A DNA stretch of 12,298 bases. Origin: Candidatus Micrarchaeota archaeon (lineage in GTDB: Archaea; Iainarchaeota; Iainarchaeia; Iainarchaeales; JAGVWC01). Below the pieces are notes generated by a model. That model saw nothing but the letters and a program-made list of their open reading frames with translations, was not told the origin of the DNA and did not search any database. Shown in pieces: positions 8,512 through 12,298 of the stretch; within the stretch, counting starts at the first letter, position 1, and every line of letters starts with the position of its first letter. Position numbers and translations under genes: made by a program. The DNA lies in contig JAZDJR010000011.1 of NCBI GenBank assembly GCA_043803815.1, positions 1 through 12,298 of the forward strand, in the 5' to 3' direction.

Positions 8512-9899
8512 ACCTGAAATACGTTCCTGTGATTGGATTGGAAATCCACGTTCAATTGCACACCAATTCCAAATTGTTCTGCGGTTGCTCAACCAAAGGA
8601 ATCGAACCCAATTCCGCAACCTGCCCGATTTGCCTCGGCCATCCCGGTTCCAAACCGGTTTTGAACAAAAAAGCCTTGGATTATGCCCTGAAAATCGCCA
8701 TGGCTCTCAATTGCCAAATCAACGAATCTTTTTCGTTTTCGCGCAAAACATACTTTTACCCGGATTTGAGCAAGAATTACCAAATTACGCAGTACGAGCT
8801 TCCCATCGGCCAAAATGGATTCCTTGAATTGTCCAGTGGAAAAAAAATCCGCATCACCCGCGTTCATTTGGAAGAAGACCCCGCAGCGCTCATCCACGAA
8901 AATAGTTGCTGCCTCGCGGACTACAACCGCTCCGGCATCCCCCTTGCGGAAATCGTCACGGAACCAGACCTTGCATCCCCATCCGAAGCGCGCGAATTCA
9001 TGGACCGCCTGCTCAATCTGCTGAATTTTTTGGAAGTGTTCAAGCTCGGCGAAGATACCTTAAAAGCGGATTCCAACATTTCGCTCAAAGGAAGCGAAAG
9101 GGCGGAAGTCAAAAACGTTTCGGGTTTTCGCAACATTGAAAAGGCATTGCAGTACGAAATCGAGCGCCAAACCAAAATGCGCGACGAAAACGAAAAAATT
9201 TCGCGCGAAACCCGCGGGTTCAACGAGGAACGCCAAACCACCTACCTGCTCCGCAAAAAAGAATCCGAAGAGGATTACGGCTATATTTTCGAGCCCGACT
9301 TGACCCCGTATCGCTTGTCCAAAAAGGATTTAGATGAAATCAAAAAAACCATTCCCGAGCTCCCCGCCCAAAAAAGCGCAAGATTCCAAAAACAATTCGG
9401 TTTAGCCGCGTACGACGCCAATGTTTTGTGCGCGAGCAAAAAGCTTTCGGATTTGTTTGAGGAAATTGCAAAATCGGTTTCCCCAAAAACAGTTTCGGTT
9501 TTTTTGACGCGCGAAATCCTTGGAATCGTGAATTACAACAAACTGGAGCTGGATTCCGTCGAATTAAACGCGGTTCATCTAACCGAACTATTGCAATTGC
9601 TCGAAAACAAAAAGGTTTCCGAAAAAAACGCAAAAGAAGCCGCAATCCATTACGTGCTGGAAAAAACTCCCCCAAAAACCTATTTGGAAAAGCAAAACCT
9701 GCTCATGGACACGAATTCCATGGATGCTGAAAAGATTGTTGAAAAAATCCTTGTCCAAAACCCCAAAGCGGCTGAAGACTTGAAAAGCGGAAACCCCAAA
9801 AGCCTCAACTTTTTGGTGGGGCTTGTGATGCGCGAAACCAAGGGAAAGGCGAACCCCCGCGAAATACAAAAAATGATTGAAAAAAAAGTGAAAAAATGA
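8508..9899 (+). CDS. gatB: Asp/Glu-tRNA amidotransferase subunit B
   Basis: IGLEIHVQL..SKLFCGC, CPICLGHPG, RKTYFYPDL.KNYQITQY, HLEED, DYNRSGIPL.EIVTEPD, EVKN, C-terminal FLVGLVMRETKGKANP (Yqey-like). Confidence 0.97.
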   Translation: MNLKYVPVIGLEIHVQLHTNSKLFCGCSTKGIEPNSATCPICLGHPGSKPVLNKKALDYALKIAMALNCQINESFSFSRKTYFYPDLSKNYQITQYELPIGQNGFLELSSGKKIRITRVHLEEDPAALIHENSCCLADYNRSGIPLAEIVTEPDLASPSEAREFMDRLLNLLNFLEVFKLGEDTLKADSNISLKGSERAEVKNVSGFRNIEKALQYEIERQTKMRDENEKISRETRGFNEERQTTYLLRKKESEEDYGYIFEPDLTPYRLSKKDLDEIKKTIPELPAQKSARFQKQFGLAAYDANVLCASKKLSDLFEEIAKSVSPKTVSVFLTREILGIVNYNKLELDSVELNAVHLTELLQLLENKKVSEKNAKEAAIHYVLEKTPPKTYLEKQNLLMDTNSMDAEKIVEKILVQNPKAAEDLKSGNPKSLNFLVGLVMRETKGKANPREIQKMIEKKVKK

Positions 9900-10414
9900 G
9901 CCCAAAGCCGTTTAAAATTCCCCCGCCTGCCCGAACACCCTTCGGCCGCTTTTTTCAGGAGCGCCGCATACAAAAAATAAAAGCCAAGCGCTTGGCCCCT
10001 CCTTTTTCATTGAAGCGCTTTGAAAACCGCATGCGCTTTGTTGCCGAACAGCTTCAAACCATCCACGACACACAACTCGGCGAACAGCAAAACTGGTCCG
10101 AATGGATGCAGCGTTTCAATATACTCAAAAAAAAATCCGGCTTTGAACTAAACCTGCGCGACATCCTGCAAACCACCGTTGAAATGGAAGAAACCGCGCG
10201 GGAAACGGATAAAGAACTGTCCGGAATCGGGAAAAAAATCAGGATAATTAATAAATGGCTGAAAGCCAACAATCCCCCCGAAAACCAAAAAAGACAATTA
10301 CCCCAAAGAGTGTTTCAGGCAATTCAAATCCTGCGGGAACTTCAAAAGCGGCAGGCCGAATGGAAAAAAACCCTTGCCACCAACGCCGCGAAGTTCGCGG
10401 CAAAGGGCAATTAA
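9896..10414 (+). CDS. Hypothetical basic helical protein (172 aa)
   Basis: ATGA overlap with the gatB stop; Pro/Arg/Lys-rich N-terminus followed by amphipathic helices; no recognisable family. Confidence 0.75.
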   Translation: MSPKPFKIPPPARTPFGRFFQERRIQKIKAKRLAPPFSLKRFENRMRFVAEQLQTIHDTQLGEQQNWSEWMQRFNILKKKSGFELNLRDILQTTVEMEETARETDKELSGIGKKIRIINKWLKANNPPENQKRQLPQRVFQAIQILRELQKRQAEWKKTLATNAAKFAAKGN

Positions 10415-10552
10415 GGAAAATTCATCCGTTTGAATTCGCAGTTCCAACCAGAAAAAAAACCGAATCGTTGAAACCGCAGCTTAATGCCTAAACGCCAAAT
10501 CAGGGTTGAAATTATCAAAACCCCTTGAAAAAGCGCTGAATACTCTTTTCAG

Positions 10553-10629
10553 AAATTGTACCAATTTGGAACCTAATTGTACCAAAATCGCTTTATTAAC
10601 TCCCGAAAGAAAGGGTATTGTAACAAAAT
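10553..10629 (+). promoter_or_regulatory. Putative promoter (TATA TTTATTAA 10592-10599) with repeated TTGTA(C/A)CAA operator-like boxes
   Basis: AATTGTACCAA at 10554 and 10575; TTGTAACAA at 10618; first box extends to the palindrome AAATTG-TAC-CAATTT (10553-10567). Confidence 0.6.
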
Positions 10630-10670
10630 AGGGGCATTGGGGATTGTTTTTATTTCCTCCTCAAGGGGTT

Positions 10671-10705
10671 GGTTTCCAATCCGGTCGTTCAGCCGGATTG
10701 GAGCC
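10671..10705 (+). other. Stable stem-loop in the putative 5' leader
   Basis: TCCAATCCGG (10675-10684) pairs perfectly with CCGGATTGGA (10693-10702), 8-nt loop, extendable by G-U and G-C pairs. Confidence 0.6.
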
Positions 10706-10757
10706 TCCATGATTCTTTTAATTGTTTTGATGAAGTGTAATTACAGGGGGCATCTTT

Positions 10758-11147
10758 TTGGAGTCAAAAACCATTGCCGTATTGGCCATTTTAGGAGTCA
10801 TTGTTATCGTCGGCGGAATTATGGTGTCGGAAAGCACCAATTCCCAGCCGTGGAATGTTTTTCGGCCGGTTGAAAATTTTTCGGTTTCATTGGCCATGAT
10901 AACCACGATTTTGGTGCTGGTTTTGTCGGCCGGAATGTTTGTCGTTTCGCTTAAGGCCTATGCCAAAAACAACACGTCGCGTTTTTTGCTGCTGACTTTG
11001 GCTTTTGGGCTGTTTGCCGCCAAGTTTTTGATTAAACTCATCGATTTTTTTTACAGCCCGGGCAATTTTTTTTCGCAGGCCAGCGAAAATGTGTTTGACT
11101 TGTTTGTGCTCGTGGCTTTGTTTGCCTCCCTGCTGAAAAAGGAGTAA
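10758..11147 (+). CDS. Small multi-pass membrane protein (about 4 TM, 129 aa)
   Basis: TTG start after AGGGGG; four hydrophobic segments; SLKAY...RFLLLTLAFGLF pattern; 6 nt upstream of the HTH gene. Confidence 0.8.
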   Translation: MESKTIAVLAILGVIVIVGGIMVSESTNSQPWNVFRPVENFSVSLAMITTILVLVLSAGMFVVSLKAYAKNNTSRFLLLTLAFGLFAAKFLIKLIDFFYSPGNFFSQASENVFDLFVLVALFASLLKKE

Positions 11148-11153
11148 GGCATC

Positions 11154-11690
11154 ATGTGGCCCGGCAACGAACCATTGGAATTGGATACGCGGAACAAATT
11201 GTACAAAATAATCGAAAAATCGCCCGGCTTGCATTTTCGCGAAATCCAGCGCCGAAGCGGCCTTGCGGTCGGCGCACTGCAATATCACCTTGATTATTTG
11301 CAGAAACGAAGCTTTGTTTCGGTTCAAAAAGAAGGAAAATTCGTCCGCTATTATGCCCTGCGCACCAAAAAAACCGTCGAGAACAAGGGCCTGATGTCCT
11401 TGCTGCGCCAGGAACAGCCGCGCCACATCCTGCTTTTTTTATTGCAGCGAAAATTTGCGGCCAACGAGCGCATCGCCGAAGCGGTGAACCTTTCGCAATC
11501 CACGACGTCAACGTACCTGAAAAAAATGCTGGAAAGCGGGGTAATCGAGCGGAAAAAACAGGGGCGCAAAATCATTTTTTTGGTTGTCAATAAGGGCCAG
11601 GTCGCGGAGCTGTTAAGTCAGTACAAAAAAAGCTTTTTGGACGAACTCGTGGACAATTTTGTCGATGTCTGGCAGACCGTCGGAAAATAA
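11154..11690 (+). CDS. Archaeal double winged-HTH transcriptional regulator (COG3398-like / ArsR-related)
   Basis: HTH1 IEKSPGLHFREIQRRSGLAVGALQYHLDYL; HTH2 NERIAEAVNLSQSTTSTYLKKMLESGVIERKKQGR; C-terminal SFLDELVDNFVDVW. Confidence 0.88.
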   Translation: MWPGNEPLELDTRNKLYKIIEKSPGLHFREIQRRSGLAVGALQYHLDYLQKRSFVSVQKEGKFVRYYALRTKKTVENKGLMSLLRQEQPRHILLFLLQRKFAANERIAEAVNLSQSTTSTYLKKMLESGVIERKKQGRKIIFLVVNKGQVAELLSQYKKSFLDELVDNFVDVWQTVGK

Positions 11691-11715
11691 TTTTTTTTAC
11701 CGGCTTTTTGTTTTT
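11691..11715 (+). terminator. Archaeal oligo-U terminator
   Basis: T8 immediately after the TAA at 11690, followed by two further T5 runs. Confidence 0.55.
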
Positions 11716-11816
11716 GAACTATAAATCGAAAGCGAATTTTTGCCGGATAGCCACGTTAGCGTTAAACCGCCGGTTTAAGCGGTTGAGTTTTCTTCGAAAC
11801 AACGGCATAAAATCAA

Positions 11817-12092
11817 TTACAAAATTTCAAAGTCGTCCGTTTTTTTGCCTTTTAACGAATCCAGTTTTTGCTTGAGCTGGCCGGGCGAAATGTCGGTTTT
11901 GATTCCCGTTCCTGCGGACGGTGTAATGGCCGGGCAGGTTCCGCTTTTGATGTTTCTTTTGTACGCGTTGATTTCATCGATGGCGCCTTCGCGGGGAGTT
12001 CCCTGATAATGGCACCAGATGCATTCATGGTCGCCGGTTTGCAGTCGTTTCATGTCCATTCGGGCGCACTGCGGGCAATACTTCATCTTCAT
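11817..12092 (-). CDS. Small Zn-ribbon protein (91 aa; start reassigned from GTG 12101 to ATG 12092)
   Basis: YCPQC...HECIWC Cys pairs. The track's GTG start lies inside an AGGTGA SD motif (12098-12103) placed 5 nt upstream of ATG 12092. Confidence 0.78.
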   Translation of the reverse strand: MKMKYCPQCARMDMKRLQTGDHECIWCHYQGTPREGAIDEINAYKRNIKSGTCPAITPSAGTGIKTDISPGQLKQKLDSLKGKKTDDFEIL

Positions 12093-12177
12093 TTTTTTCA
12101 CCTTGGTTGTTAGGCAATATTTGAAATTGCAATGTCATTATACTGTTTTTAGTCTTTAAAATTGCTGTGTTGCACGA

Positions 12178-12212
12178 TTATTTTGGGGTGGGTTGGCATT
12201 ACCCCAAAATAA
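12178..12212. repeat. 12-bp perfect inverted repeat overlapping the DUF2080 stop codon
   Basis: TTATTTTGGGGT (12178-12189) and ACCCCAAAATAA (12201-12212), 11-nt spacer. Confidence 0.8.
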
Positions 12213-12298
12213 CCACGTAGGCTCTTTTTCCCACATATTTCACTGGCACATCGGCTTTGGCTGAGTTGCCAAACGGTGTTACCGTTCGGTCAAGAACG
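12199..12298 (-). CDS. DUF2080-family (putative transposon-associated) small protein, 3' end only
   Basis: Minus strand reads ...VLDRTVTPFGNSAKADVPVKYVGKRAYVVILG*, matching the VTPFGNSAKxxVPxxYxGKRxYVII pattern I recognise for DUF2080; TAA at 12199-12201. Confidence 0.8.
   Translation of the reverse strand, partial: VLDRTVTPFGNSAKADVPVKYVGKRAYVVILG

Noticed and set aside
4845-9973. Many short antisense or alternative-frame ORFs within gatA, the phosphatases and gatB
   Set aside because: Fully nested in well-supported genes with no coding signal of their own.
10554-10629. Repeats as a mini CRISPR array
   Set aside because: Repeats are only 9-11 bp with 21 and 41 bp spacing, and no cas genes are present.
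10577-10873. 98-aa ORF starting at TTG 10577
   Set aside because: Starts inside the repeat box, spans the TATA and hairpin, and overlaps the membrane protein out of frame.
10887-12113. ORFs 10887-11426 (-), 11152-11511 (-), 11351-11590 (-) and 11868-12113 (+)
   Set aside because: Antisense to the membrane, HTH and Zn-ribbon genes.
10415-12298. tRNA or known riboswitch in the right-hand intergenic regions
   Set aside because: No cloverleaf or T-loop in a tRNA context and no riboswitch consensus that I could recognise.

Overview
Archaeal DNA, probably DPANN-like (inferred from TATA/leaderless promoters, GGTGA-type SD, a class III signal peptide, a double winged-HTH regulator and DUF2080). The left 3.7 kb is one minus-strand gene missing from the ORF track because it runs off the window (3693 to <1, at least 1231 codons, no stop by my hand translation). 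It encodes a pilin-type signal peptide, DxDxDG Ca-binding repeats, a Cys-rich stalk and a GH123/DUF4091-like hydrolase apparently split by a LamG domain. The middle is a gatC-gatA-gatB operon with three tandem, diverged inositol-monophosphatase-family paralogues inserted between gatA and gatB, joined by ATGA overlaps and flanked by two basic orphan genes. The right part has an intergenic region with phased TTGTA(C/A)CAA repeats around a TATA box plus a hairpin, then a membrane protein and double-wHTH regulator, a convergent Zn-ribbon gene, and the 3' end of a DUF2080 gene (also absent from the track) with a 12-bp inverted repeat over its stop. All family assignments are by motif recognition; no database searches were run.
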